Shown: piece after piece, positions 26,215 through 40,852 of the stretch
Layout: the number at the start of each line of letters is the position of its first letter
Position numbering within the stretch: the first letter of the stretch is position 1
Assembly (NCBI RefSeq): GCF_009914755.1
Contig: NC_060926.1
Strand: one strand, 5' to 3'
From: the human T2T-CHM13v2.0 reference genome, Homo sapiens
DNA length: 64,000 bases
Position numbers and translations under genes: made by a program
Notes under the pieces: model-generated
Seen by the model: the letters and a program-made list of their open reading frames with translations, nothing else
What the model was told of the DNA's origin: nothing
Database searches by the model: none

Positions 26215-29200
26215 GAGAGAAAGTTTGGGTTACCCACAAAGAGAAGCCCATCAGACTAACAGTGGATCTCTCTGCAGAAACTCTACAAGCCAGAAGAGAG
26301 TGGGGGCCAATATTCAACATTCTTGAAGAGAAGAATTTTCAACCCAGAATTTCATATGCAGCCAAACTAAGCTTCATAAGTGAAGGAGAAATAAAATCCT
26401 TTACAGAAAAGCAAATGCTGAGAGATTTTGTCACCACCAGGCCTGCCTTACAAGAGGTCCTGAAGGAAGCACTAAACATGGAAAGGAACAACTCGTACCA
26501 GCCACTGCAAAAACACCAAATTGTAAAGACCGTCAACACTGTGAAGAAACTGCATCAACTGATGGGCAAAATAATCAGCTAGCAACATAATGACAGGATC
26601 AAATTCACACATAACAATATTAACCTTAAATGTAAATGGGCTAAATACCCCAATTAAAAGACACACATAGGCTCAAAACAAAGGGATGGAGAAATATTTA
26701 CCAAGAAACAGGAAGCAAAAAAAAAAAAAAAAAAACCAGGAGGGGTTGCAATCCTAGTCTCTGATAAAACACACTTTAAATCAACAAAGATCAAAAGAGA
26801 CAAAGAAAGGCATTACATAATAGTAAAGGGATCAACGCAACAAGAAGAGCTAACTATCCTAAATATATATGCACCCAATATAGTAGCAGCCAGATTCATA
26901 AAGCAAGTTCTTACAGACCAAAAAAGAGATAGACTCCCACACAATAATAGTGGGAAACTTTAACACCAACTGTTGATATTGGACAGATCAACAAGACAGA
27001 AAATTAACAAGGATATTTAGGACTTGAACCCAGCTCTGGACCAAGCAGCCCTAATAGACATCTACAGAACTCTCCACCCCAAATCAACAAAATATATTCT
27101 TCTGAGCACCACATCACACTTATTCTAAAATTGACCACATAATTGGAAGTGAAACACTCCTCAGCAAATGAAAAGAATGGAAATCATAACAAACAGTCTC
27201 TCAGACCACAGTGCAATCAAATTAGAACTCAGGATTAAGAAACTCTCTCAAAGCCACACAACTACATGGAAACTGAACAACCTGTTCCTGAATGATTACT
27301 GGGTAAATAAGGAAATAAGGACAGAAATAAAGAAGTTCTTGGAAACAAATGAGAAAAAAGACACAATGTACCAGGATCTCTGGGACACAGCTAAGGCAGT
27401 GTTTAGAGGAAAATTTATAGCACTAACTGCCCACAGGAGAAAGCAGGAAAGATCTAAAATCGATACCCAAACATCGCAATCAAAAGAGCTAGAGAAGCAA
27501 GAGCAAACAAATTCAAAAGCTAGCAGACAACAAGAAATAACTAAGATCAGAGCAGAACTGAAAGAGATAGAGACACGAAAAACCCTTTGAAAAATCAATG
27601 AAGGCAGGAGCTGGTGTTTTGAAAAGATCAACAAAGTATATAGACCACTAGCCAGACTAATAAAGAAGAAAAGAGAGAATAATCAAATAGACACAATAAA
27701 AAATGATGAAGTGGACATCACCACTGATCCAACAGAAATACAAACTACCATCAGAGAATACAATAAACACCTCTATGCAAATAAACTAGAAAATCTAGAA
27801 GCAATGGATACATTCCTGGACACATACGCCCTCCCAAGACGAAACCAGGAGAAAGCTGAATCCCTGAATAGACCAATAACAAGTTCTGAAATTGAGGCAG
27901 TAATTAATAGCCTATCAACCAAAAAAAGTCCAGGACCAGATGGATTCACAGCCGAATTCTACCAGAGGTACAAAGAGGAGCTGGTACCATTCCTTCTGAA
28001 ACTATTCCAAACAATAGAAAAAGAGAGATTCCTCCCTAACTCATTTTATGAGGCCAGCATCATCCCAACACCAAAACCTGGCAGAGACATAATAAAAAAA
28101 GAAAATTTCAGGCCAATATCCCTGATGAACATTGATGCAAAAATTCTCAATAAAATACTGGCAAACTGAATCTAGCAGCACGTCAAAAAGCTTATCCACC
28201 ATGATCAAGTTGGCTTCATCCCTGGGATGCAAGACTGCTTCAACACACGCAAAGCAATAAACGAAATCCATCACATAAACAGAACCAATGACAAAAACCA
28301 CGTGATTGTCTCAATAGATGCAGAAAAGGCCTTTGATAAAATTTAACACCTCTTCATGCTAAAAACTCTCAATAAACTAGGTATTGATGGAACGTATCTC
28401 AAAATAATAAGAGCTATTTATGACAAACCCACAGCCAATATCATACTGACTGGGCAAAAACTGGAAGCATTCCCTTTGAAAATCAGCACAAGACAAGGAT
28501 GCCTTCTCTCACCACTCCTATTCAACATAGTATTGGAAGTTCTGGCCAGGGCAACCAGGCAAGGGAAAGAAATAAAACATATTCAAATAGGGAGACAGGA
28601 AGTTAAACTGTCTCTGTTTGCAGTTGACATGATTGTTTATTTAGAAAACCCCATCATCTCAGCCCAAAATCTCCTTAAGCAGATAAGCAACTTCAGCAAA
28701 GTCTCAGGATGCAAAATCAATGTGCAAAAGTCACAAGCATTCCTACACATCAATAATAGACAAACAGAGAGCCAAATCATGTGAACTCCCATTCACAATT
28801 GCTACAAAGAGAATAAAACACATAGGAATACAACTTACAAGGGATGTGAAGGACCCCTTCAAGGAGAACTACAAACCACTGGTCAAGGAAATAAGAGAGG
28901 ACATAAACAAATGGATAAACATTTCATGCTCATGGATAGGAAGAATCAATATTGTGAAAATGGCCATACTGCCAGAGGTAATTTGTAGATTCAATGCTAT
29001 CCGCATTAAGCTACCACTGACTTTCTTCAAATAATTAGAAAAAAAAAACCTTTAAATTTCCTATGGAACCAAAAAAGAGTCCCCATAGCCAAAACAATCC
29101 TAAGCAAAAAGAACAAAGCTGGAGGCATCATGTTACCTGACTTCGAACTATACTACAAGGCTATGGTAACCAAAACAGCATGGTACTAGTACCAAAAGAG

Positions 29201-30716
29201 ATATATAGACCAATGGAACAGAACAGAGGCCTCAGAAATAACAGCACACATCTACAACCATCTGATCTTTGACAAACCTGACAAAAACAAATAATGAGGA
29301 AATGATCCCCTATTTAATAAATGGTATAGGGAAAACTGGCTAGCCATATGCAGAAAACTGAAACTGGAGCTCTTCCTTACACCTTCTACAAAAATTAACT
29401 CAAGATGGTTTAAAAACTTAAAAGTAAGACCTAAAACCATAAAAACCCTAAAAGAAAACCTAGGCAATACCATTCAGGACATGGGCATGGCAAAAGACTT
29501 CATGACTAAAACACAAAAAGCAATGGCAACAAAAGCCAAAATTGACAAATGAGACCTAATTAAACTAAAGAGCTTCTGCACAGCAAAAGAAACTATCATC
29601 AGAGTGAACAGGCAACCTACAGAAGGGGAGAAAATTTTTGCAATCTATCCGACAAAGGGCTACTATCCAGAACCTACAAAGAACTTAAATTTACAAGAAA
29701 AAAAACAAACAACACCATCAAAAAGTGTGCAAAGGATATGAACAGACACTTCTCAAAAGAAGACATTTATGCAACCAACAAACATAAAAAGCTCATCATT
29801 TCTGATCACTAGAGAAATGGAAATCAAAACCACAATGAGATACCATCTCACGCCAGTTAGAATGGCAATCATTAAAAAGTCAGGAAACAACAGATGCTGG
29901 AGAGGATGTGGAGAAATAGGAACACTTTTACACTGTTGGTGGGAGTGTAAATTAGTTCAACCATTATGGAAGACAGTGTGGCGATTCCTCAAGGATCTAG
30001 AACTAGAAATACCATTTGACCCAGCAATCCCATTACTGGGTATATACCCAAAGGATTATAAATCATTCTACTATAAAGAAACATGCACACGTATCTTTAT
30101 TGCAGCACTATTCACAATAGCAAAGACTTGGAACCAAACCAAATGCCCATTAATGATAGAATGGATAAAGAAAATGTAGCACATGTACACCATGGAATAC
30201 TATGCGGCCATAAAAAAGGATGAGTTCGTGTCCTTTGCAGAGACATGGATGAAGATGGAAATCAACATTCTCAGCCAAGTAACACAAGAACAGAAAACCA
30301 AACACCACATGTTCTCACTCACAAGTGGTAGTTGAACAATGAGAACACATGGACACAGGGAGGGGAACATCACATACTGGGGCCTGTAGAGGGGTGGGGG
30401 CGGGGAGAGAGATAACACTAGGAGAAATACCTAATTTAGATGATGGGCTGTTGGGTGCAGCATACCAGCATGGCACGTGTATACCTATGTAACAAACCTG
30501 CACATTCTGCACATGTGTCCCAGAACTTAAAGTATAATAATAATAAAAAAAAAACCCAGAAGCAGAACAGATAATAATAAAACCCCCCCCCCAAAAAAAT
30601 AAAAGTTTAGGATGTCAAGTAATTCTTAACAACTTTCAATTAGAAATCTAGTGCAAAAGAATGTTGCTTAAAAGTTGAGTGAAATGGTAACTACATTGGA
30701 AATAAAAATAGTTACA

Positions 30717-30981
30717 CGGCAGTTCGGGAGGCCGAGGAGGGCGGATCATGAGGTCTGGAGATCGAGACCATCCTGGCTAACATGGTTAAACCCTGTCTCC
30801 ACTAAAAAAATACCAAAAATTAGCCTGGCGTGGTGGCGGGCGGCTGTAGTCCCAGTTACTCGGGAGGCTGAGGCAGGAGAATGGCGTGAACCCGGGAGGA
30901 GGAGCTTGCAGTGAGCCGAGATGCGCCACTGCAGTCCAGCCTGGGCGACAGAGCGAGACTCCGCCTCAAAAAAAAAAAAAA
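30717..30981 (+). mobile_element. AluY, ~30 bp 5'-truncated
   Basis: GAGATCGAGACCATCCTGGCTAAC, GAATGGCGTGAACCCGGG, GGAGCTTGCAG diagnostics; TSD AGTTACA. Confidence 0.92.
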
Positions 30982-31329
30982 GTTACAAATTTAAAATTTT
31001 TTAACACAATTGAGAATTTTCAGCTTGTAATTAGGTGGAGTTAGAAATATCGGAACACATCTGCTAAGGAGATGGTGTGGCATCTGTGGAAGTCTGCTTG
31101 CACACAGCTGGAAGCCTTCAGGGGAAATAACAAACTGCTTCTCTTGCTGGGATTCCGACATGTCCAAATATGTCTGGTGAACAGACAGAACTTCATTGTC
31201 AAATGTATTTAAAGGGCTAGACAATGGGGTAGGGAGGAGACTCAGAATCCCCCAGGAAGGAATCATTCTGAGTGAAAACACAAACAAATAAAAAACCTAA
31301 CACACATATTAGTCCAGTAATTTCTATAG

Positions 31330-32090
<761 letters not shown>

Positions 32091-35000
32091 GGTTCTGGAG
32101 CAATAGGAACCCCAACTCCATCCTGGTCAGAATGGAGGGTTATTGTGACCATGGCTTTCTCTTTTCTCAGGGCACGGATATGAGCCTTCAGGGAGACATT
32201 TCTAATGGAAAAACTGAAAGGAACGCTACACCTAGGACATTGGGGGTCATGCAATTTTGCTGTGAGATTCCATCAGGACTCTGCAACCCAGGGGAACACT
32301 CTCTCTAAGAATCTCCTCACACCTTGCACACAGGGAGGGCAGCCCAGCAGGCGGAGGCCCCTGGCAGGCCCGGGGGTGCGGACACTTGGGGAGTCCCTGC
32401 GGTGTCCTCTGCAGTGCTGTCTGGGGCTGGAGAAGGCCAAGCCGGTCGTGCTGCTCCAGGCTCTACGGCAGCAGATACTTTTCTCACCTTTGCTTTTCTC
32501 AGGCCCTCCCTTTCCTCCTCCTCCATCTCGCCTACCCCCTCCTCCTATTCTTTACTTGTTCTCCACCAATCTAATTTTTCTTTTGTGCTTAGGTTGTGGA
32601 GGATTATTTCTGCACGATATAGGAAGGATATTGTGAAAGCCCACTGTTATAAGAAGGATTCTTGAAACTAAAGTATCCGTAAGTGTCAATTTTAAGCAGC
32701 TAAATGAATGCAGTCAATGGAATGACAAATTGCCAAATCATGTCTTATGGCCAGCTGACAAGAAATCCCTGGAGCATATATAAACCAAGGAACAGGTGCA
32801 ACTCCAAAAAAGCATTCAAGATGAGTTACAAAGATTATGACAAGCTAAGACGGAGCCAGAACCACTGGTTCAAGATTAGATAAAAAAGAATTACGTTGTA
32901 GCTAGATATTTATTTGTTTAAATATACCATTTTATAATACTGTTTATTTTCAGAAATAATTTTTAAAAACTATTTAGTAAAATTATTTTAAGGAAAAGTA
33001 CAGAATTTTTCTATTTTAACCTGGGTTCTGTAGTTTAGACTATGGGCTTCTCCCCTGAGATTCTCTTTCTACCTAGTAACAGTGTTTTCTACCGTTATGC
33101 CACTTGAGTGGGAGGACATTGTTGGTCCAATACTAATCCTGCAAACTGCAACTTACAAGATTTTACAACATAGTCTTAATTCTTTCCCTAAAAGTCCACT
33201 CATGGCATGGGATTGGGGGTTAGAATATTTAGGATGGACAGAAAGAATTAAAGGTACTTGCAAACACAAAATTTACTTCACCTTGGTCCATATAAAGAGG
33301 TGGAGGAAGAGATTAAGTTACTCCTTCTTCAGTCAGGTACATTAGGCCTAAGTCTCAATTCTGCCATTTGGCATTACATTGATCAGGCTACTACTACCTT
33401 TACATATTTAAAATATAGGGATAATAATAATACCGACCTTATAGGGTCATTGGTAGGATGAAGTGAGATTTTGCCTGACCGACACTTAGCCAGGTTTCTG
33501 TATCATAGTAGGCATGCTATAACTAGCTATATTAGGGTTGTTCCCACTGGTCTTTTACCTAGATGATTGCTTCTAAATAAAATAAAAATAGATAACTGAA
33601 CATTATTTATACAATTTTCCTGTTTTTTATTTATATAAATTTATGGGATACATTAGAAATTCTGTTACATGTATATAATGCATAGTGGTCAAGTCAAGGT
33701 ATTGAGGACGGCCATCACCCAAGTACAGTCAATTTTTGTTAAGTACAGTCCCCCTACTCCACTATCAAATATTGAATTTATTGCTTCTGTCTTACCATAT
33801 GTTTGTACCTTTTAACCCAGTCCTCCTCTACCTCCCTTTTCTCCCACACTCACCCTTTCCAGTCTCTGTTATTTATTTTTCCCCTCTTGACCTCCATGCG
33901 ATCAAATATTTTAGTTCCCACACATAAGTGAGAACATCCAATATTTATTTCTTTGTGCTTGGATTATTTCACTTATGATAATTCTCTCCAATTTCATCCA
34001 TGTTGCCACAAATGACATGTTTTCTTTCTTTTTATGACTGAATAGAATTCCTTTGTGTGTGTGTGTATATATATATATGTGATATTTTCTTTATTCATTC
34101 ATTTGTTGATTAAAACAGGTTGATTCTATATCTTTGCTATTGTGAATAGTGCTGCAATAAACATTCAAGTTTAGGTATATCTTTTACATATTGATCTCTA
34201 TTCCTTTGAATAGATAGCCAGTAGTGGGACTGCTGGATCAACTGGTGATTCTATTTTTAGTATGGTGAGAAATCTCCATACTATTTTCATAGTAGTTGTA
34301 TTAGTTTACATTTGCAGCAATAGTGTATAAGAATTCCCTTTTCTCTGCATCCTCACCAACATGTGCTATTTTTGTCTTTTAATAATGACATTCTAAGTGG
34401 AGTAAGATAATATTGTGGTTTTGATTTGCATTTTTCTGATAATTCATGATGTTGAGCATTTTTATCATATACCTCTTGGCTATTTGTATGTCTTCTTTTT
34501 GAGAAATGTCTCTTCATGTCCTTTGTCCAATTTTTAATATTTTTTTCCTATTTAGTTGTTTCAGTTTCTTGTATATTCTGGATATTAGTCACCTGTTCAA
34601 TGAAGTTTGTAAATATTTTTTCCATTCAACAAAATGTTTCTTCGTTTTGTTGATTATTTTCCCAGAACTGTTGATTGAAGAGGGAGTCCTTTCCCCAGTG
34701 TAAGTTTTTTGGAAACTTTGTAGAAGATCAGAGGGCTTTAGGGATGTAACTTTTTTTCTGGGTTCTTTATTCTGTCCATTAGTCTATGTGTCTGTTTTTA
34801 TACAAATACCATGATGTTTTGATTACTACAGGCTGGTAATACATTTTGAAGTCAGGTAATGTGATGCCTCCAGCTTTGGTGTGTTTTGTTTGTTTTTTCC
34901 TTTAGAATTGCTTTGGTTATTCTGGTTCTTTTGTTGGCTCCTTGTGAATTTTAGGATTGTTTTTCCTAATTCTGTGAAGAATGACATTGATATTTTAATA

Positions 35001-37235
35001 GGGATTGCTTTGAATCTGTGGATTGCTTTGGTCAACATTGTCATCTTAATGATATTAATTCTCCTGATCCCTGAACATGGGATGTTTTTCCATTTGTTTG
35101 TCCCATCTTCAATTTATTTCATTCATGTTGCCTAGTTTTTTTTTTTTTTTGGTGGTTAAATTTATTCCTAGGTATTTTTTTGTAGTTATTGTAAATGGGA
35201 TTGCCTTCTTAACCTCTTTCTTGCCTGGATCACTATAGGTGTATAGAAATGCTACTGAATTTTGTACATTGGTTTTGTATCAACCAACTTTACTGAATTC
35301 ATTTATCAAATCTAAGACATTTTTGGTGGAGTCTAGGTTTTTCTAGATATAAGATTATATTATCAGCAAAGAGGGACACCTTGACTTCCTCCTTTTCAAT
35401 TTAGATGCTTTTTATTTCTTTCTCTTGTCTGATTGCTCTGGCTAGTACTTCAGTACTATGCTGAATAGGAGTGGTGAAAGGGGGCATCCTTGTCTTGTTC
35501 AAGTTCTTAGAGAAAAGGTTTCAACTTTTCCCCATTCGGTATGAAGTAGCTATGGATTTGTAATAAATGGTCTTTATTATTTTGAGGTATATTATTTCTA
35601 TGACTAGTTTGTCGAGAGTATTTTTCATGAAGAGATACTGCATTTTATCAAATGCTGTTTCTGCATCTATTAGAGATGATCGTATGGTTTTGGTCATTCA
35701 TTCTGTTGATGTAAGGTATCATGTTTACCAATTTGCATATTTTGAAACATCCTTGCATCCCTGGGATAAATTCCACTCGATCATGGTGTATTATCTTTTT
35801 GATGTACTGTTGGATTCAAGCTGCTATTATTTTGTTGAAAATTTTTGTGTCTAAACTCACCAGAAATATTGGCTTGTAGTTTTCCTTTTGTGTTGGGTTT
35901 TTGTCTGATTTTGATATCAGGATAATGCTGGCCTCATAGAATGAGTTATGGAGAATTCCCTTCTCTTTCATTTTGTGGAATAGTTTCAGGAGGATAGTAT
36001 TATTTCTTCTCTGTAAGTTTGGTAGAATTTGGCAGTGAAGGCATTCAATCTTGGGCTTTTCTTTGTTGGATATGATGCTTTTATTACTGATTCAGTATTA
36101 CTACTTATAATTGATCTGTTCGGGTTTTCTGTTTCTTTCTGATTCAATATTATATGTTTCCAGGCATTTATCTGTTTTCTCTGGGTTTTCCAGTTTGATG
36201 GCGTATAGTTGTTCATAATAGTCTCCAGCAATCTTTTTGTATTTCTGTGTTATCTGTTGTAAGTCTCCTTTTTCATTTCTGACTTTGTTTATTTGGGTCT
36301 TCTCTCTTCTTTTCTTTGTTAGTCTAGCTGGAGGTTTATTAATTCTGTTTGTTTTTTTGAAGAATCAACTTTTCATCTTTTGATCCCTTGTATCTTTAGT
36401 CTCTATTTCATTTAATTCTGCTCAGTTTTATTATTTCTCTTCTTCTAATTTTTGGTTTGGTTTGCTCTTGCTTTTTGAGTTCCTTGAGGTGAATTGTTAG
36501 ATTGTTAATTTGTAATATTTCTCCTTTTTTGATATAAGAATTTATTGATATAAATGTCCCTTTTAACATTACTTTTCCTTTATCCAACAAGGTTTGCTAT
36601 GTTGTATTTTCACTTTCATTTGTTTCAAAACATGTTTGATTTTCATCTGAATTTCTTCACTGACCCAATAGCCATTCAGGAACATGTTGTTGAATTTCCA
36701 TGTATTTGTATAGTTTCCAAAGGTCCTCTTGGTATTTATTTCTAGTTTTAGTCTCTTGTGGTCTGAGAAAACACTTGATTTAATTTTGAGTTTTAAAAAT
36801 TTGTTGAGACTTGTTTTGTGGCCTAGAATATAGTCTATTGTGGAGAAGTTTCCATGTGCTGATGGAAAGAATGTATATTCTGCAGTTGTTAGGTAAAATG
36901 TTCTGTAAATGTCTGTTAGGTTCATTTGGTCTAAAGTACAGTTTAAATCCAATGTGTCTTTGTTGATTTTTTTTCTACATACTCTGTCTATTGTTGAGAA
37001 TGGGATATTGAAGTCTTCCATGATTATTTTATTTCACTCTATCTCTCTCTTTAGATCTAGTAATATTTGCTTTGCAAATTTGGGTGTTCCAGTGTTAAGA
37101 ACATATATATTTAGAATTGTTATATCTTATTGCTGGATTAATCTCTTTTTCATTATATAATGACCTTCTTTGTCTTTTTTTTTAACTGTTCTACCTTTAA
37201 AGTCTGTTTTATCTCATATAAACTTAGCTATTTCT

Positions 37236-37562
37236 TTTTTTCTCCAAAAAGAATGCTTTATTGAGAAATTACCCATTATTATAATAACGTTAAGGAAAAG
37301 ATACATCAGTTACACCCATGCAACCTGCCTTCTCACTACATCCCACAGGCCGATTTTAATCTTGGACAAAGGGTACCGAGTGCTGGGGTTCCCCGGCCCC
37401 TGCATCTTCATTGTGTGTGGAGTGCCATCCCCAAGAGTGTCTGAAAAGTCCAGAGACATGGTTGTCAGAGGACACATGCTCTACCAAACAGAACACCTTG
37501 AACTGAGCAGCCCTTCCCCTCCTGGGAGTCACAGAGACATGTACACGACAGGCAAGCCCTCG
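37236..37562 (-). pseudogene. 5'-truncated processed retrocopy of an unidentified mRNA 3' end, inserted in L1
   Basis: Non-L1 sequence; minus-strand AATAAA (TTTATT 37257-37262) ~15 nt before an A-tract; 17-bp TSD TAAACTTAGCTATTTCT (37219-37235) / TAAACTCAGCAATTTCT (37563-37579); L1 resumes in register. Confidence 0.8.
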
Positions 37563-38462
37563 TAAACTCAGCAATTTCTACTTGCTTTTGGTTTCCACTT
37601 GTGTGGAATATCTTTTTCCATCTCTTTATTTTCAGTCTTTATGTGTCTTTACTGATGAAGTGAGTTTCTTGTAAGCAGCACAAAATTGGATCATGCTTTT
37701 TAATCCATTCAGCCTTTTTTTAATCTTTTAAGTAGATAATTTAATTCATTTATGTTCAAGGTTATTATTGATATCTTAGGCTTTGTTTCCATCATATTGC
37801 TAATTGTTTTCTGGCTGTTTTATATGTTATTTGTTTCTTTTTTTTCTCTTATTGATTATCGTCATGGTTTGGTGGATATCTGTACTGGTACCATTTGAGT
37901 CTTTTCTCTTCCTCCTTTGTGTGAATTACTTTACTGGTGAGTTTTATACTTTCATGTGTTTTCATTAGGGTAAATGTTGTTTCACTTTCTAGTTTACAAC
38001 TCCCTTCAGCATATCTTGTAGGGCCATTCTAGTGGAAACACATTTCCACAGCATTTGCTTGTCTGGGAATGACTTTAGTTCTCCTTCATTTATAAAGGAT
38101 AATTTGATGAATATAGTATTCTTGACTGGCAGTATTTTTCTTTCAGCACTTGAATATGTCATCCTATTCTCTTTTGATTGAAAAATCCACTGTTATTCTG
38201 ATGAGGTTTCCGTTATAGGTGACTAGATGTCTTTATCTTCCTGTTTTTAGGATTCACTCTTTATGTTTGATGTTAGATTGTCTGAACATAATGTGCCACA
38301 GAGAAGACCTTTTTGCACTTATCTTCCTGGGGATCGCTAAGCCTCCTGCTTCTGAATATCTAAATCTGTTGCTCGACTTGGACAGTTTTATCTATTATTT
38401 CATTATATAGGTTTTTAAACCTTTTGTTTGTTTCTTCACCCTCAGGGATCCAAATAATTTGT

Positions 38463-38760
38463 TATTAATCTTTGTTTTTGAGATGGAGTCTCACTCTATC
38501 GCCCAGACTGGAGTGCAGTGGCACATTCTCAGCTCACTGTGACCTCTGCCTACTGGGTTCAAGCTATTTTCATGCCTCAGCCTCCCCAGTAGCTGGGACT
38601 ACAGGTGTGTGCCACCACTCCTGGATAATTTTTGTATTTTTAGTAGAGACAGGGTTTCACCATGTTGGCCAGGCTGGTCATGAACTCCTGACCTCAGGTG
38701 ATCCACCCCCTCAGCTTCTCAAAGTGCTGGGATTACAGGCCTGAGCCACCGCGCCCAGCC
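38463..38760 (-). mobile_element. AluS
   Basis: Antisense Alu; TSD GGATCCAAATAATTTGT / GGATCCCAATAATTTGT. Confidence 0.92.
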
Positions 38761-40852
38761 GGATCCCAATAATTTGTATATTTGTCTTACGTTGTCCCAA
38801 ATGTCATGAATGCTTTGTTAATTCTTTTGTATTCTCTTTTTTTTTTTAATTGTCTGATTGGAGTATTTAAAAAGATCTGTCTTCAAGTTCTGAGATTCTT
38901 TATTCTACCTGATCTAATCTATTGTTGATGCTTTCAAATGTGTTTTTTTTATTTCCTTCAATGAATTCTTCAGTTCCAGAATTTCTATTTGGTTCATTTA
39001 AAAATGTCTATTTCTGTGTAAATTTCTCATTTATATTCTGAATTGATTTTCTAATTTCTTTCTATTGTTTTTCAGAATTTTCTTGTATTTTACTGAGTTT
39101 CTTTAAAATCATTATTTTGAATTATTTATCTGGGATGTTATGTAAGTTCTTTCTGATTAAGATCTAATGCTGAAAAATTATTGTGTTCCTTTGAAGGAGT
39201 CATATTTCCTTGCTTTTCCTGCTTTCTGTGTCCTTATGTTGATATCTGTGCATCTGGCATAATAGTCACCTTCTATTTTTGAATTTGCTTTTATAGGGGA
39301 GGACTTTTTCCTGAAGATGTATCTCTGGTATCAGTTGGGTAGAGCACTTTGGCTTTGATTCTGGGTGCATCCAGTAGTGTAGTCTCCATATGATTTCTTT
39401 GGCTGTAAACAGTGTTAGTAGCATCTGTGATTTCCTTCATGGATTAGAGTGTGGTTATTAATGAAAGCCATAGTGAAGTTGTCCTGGGGATTGAGAGGAC
39501 ACGTGGGCCAGTCTTCAGCCCCAGTGCTGGCAGAGGTGGGCTGAGCATGCCTATCTTTGTGCCAGAGCAGTGTGCACTAGCACTTGTGTTGGAAGTTACT
39601 GGCAAGTTGATACTTGGGCCTCCAGGTGGCTTGCTCAGACATGGGTAGTGGCAGTAGTGGCCAGGCAGTTGGACGTGTTTTCAGGCTCCTGGGCACTTGG
39701 CGTGGTGTGGTTGATGGCAGTAGCAGTGGTAGGATGATTCCGTGGTTCTCAATCTGTGTGCCTTAATGGTGGTGGTGACTAAAATGGGCTGAGTGGGTCA
39801 GTCTCCTGGCCTAAGGTGGCACTTGCAAGTGGGTGCCAGCTGAGGTGGTAGCAGCCAGGAATTTATGCCCAACCTCAAGGCACCAGGAGGAGTACTTAGG
39901 TGCCCACAATGGTGGATTGGGTTGGGCAATCCCCAGGACCTCATTGTGTGCTGTCTTGGAGAGAGAGGCAAAGCTGGGCTGGGTGGGCTTGTGATGAAAA
40001 ATGCACATTCCTCTCATGCTCCAGTTCTGGTGGGGCTTGCCCCTCAACCGTGGCAGAGTAGCCTGAGTCTAGCTCATGTCCTTACCCTGTCTGCAGGAGT
40101 CCCCACCCAGCCGATGACCAAATTCCAGCAGCAACTTGTACCTCAGTGGTGTCCCAGTCTGTGTTCCAGTGGCTTTTGCTTCCCAGCACCAGCAGCTACG
40201 GCTCATGCCTCATTTGCTTGTTATTCCCAGCTGTGGGAAAGCTTCCAGCCCTCTCCTTAGTTTAAGCAGTGACAGCCATAACACCTCAGATCTGCCACTG
40301 CTGGGTCCCACCCAGGACGGCCAGTCTGCCAAAGGCTAGGTTTGAAAATGGCACAATGTTGTAGCCACTTAGGTCTCAGAAAGGGTGCAGGACCCAGCAC
40401 ACCCTCCCTCCTCGGAGCAGGTCTACCTCAGTCTCTTGGCATCTTCCTGTGTTAGTTTCAGGCGTTATGAGGGTTGAGAGGCTCTCCTGTGGCCAGGATT
40501 GCACAATTCCATGGTGGGGATGTGGGCCAATGGAAGTCTTTCACTCCCCTTTTCCCTGCATTGGGAAGTCACCTCTTTATACAAATTGTATTATCATATT
40601 TCATTTAGTACTGACAGCAAAGTGTCTCCATAAACTAACCTATCAGTCCCATACTTGCCATCTAAGCTGTTTTGACACTTTTTAGGGAATTTTAAAGCAA
40701 AACTTCTCCTAACTGTTAACTCCATTTCTTTGTGTTTGGGCACTGTAGGCAGCTTGTGCTACATGTCATTATTGATTCATAGTTCAAATAAATATTAGTC
40801 AGTGAGGGCCAAAGGAGAAAGAACTTGATAAAAAGAAGGAAGGGGAAAGGGA

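Larger units (their letters stand above)
21719..30554 (+). mobile_element. Full-length L1PA7-like LINE-1, inactivated, with two nested LTRs
   Basis: 5' CAAGATGGCCGAACAGGAACAGCTCC; ORF1 fragments (24487 MGRNQWKKAENSK..., 26061), ORF2 fragments (27168, 27711, 28356, 28720, 29769); PA7-type 3'UTR and A-tail; multiple stops and frameshifts. Confidence 0.92.
33620..40580 (-). mobile_element. Near full-length old LINE-1 (L1MA4/4A-like), decayed
   Basis: 3'UTR from ~33620; antisense ORF2 fragments (34826, 35986, 36408, 36569 with EN-like DFNIPFS...SDH); GC-richer 5' region ~39400-40580. Confidence 0.85.

Noticed and set aside
24487-30179. Retrotransposition-competent L1
   Set aside because: ORF1 is frameshifted and split by LTR5A; ORF2 has a deletion, many stops and frameshifts
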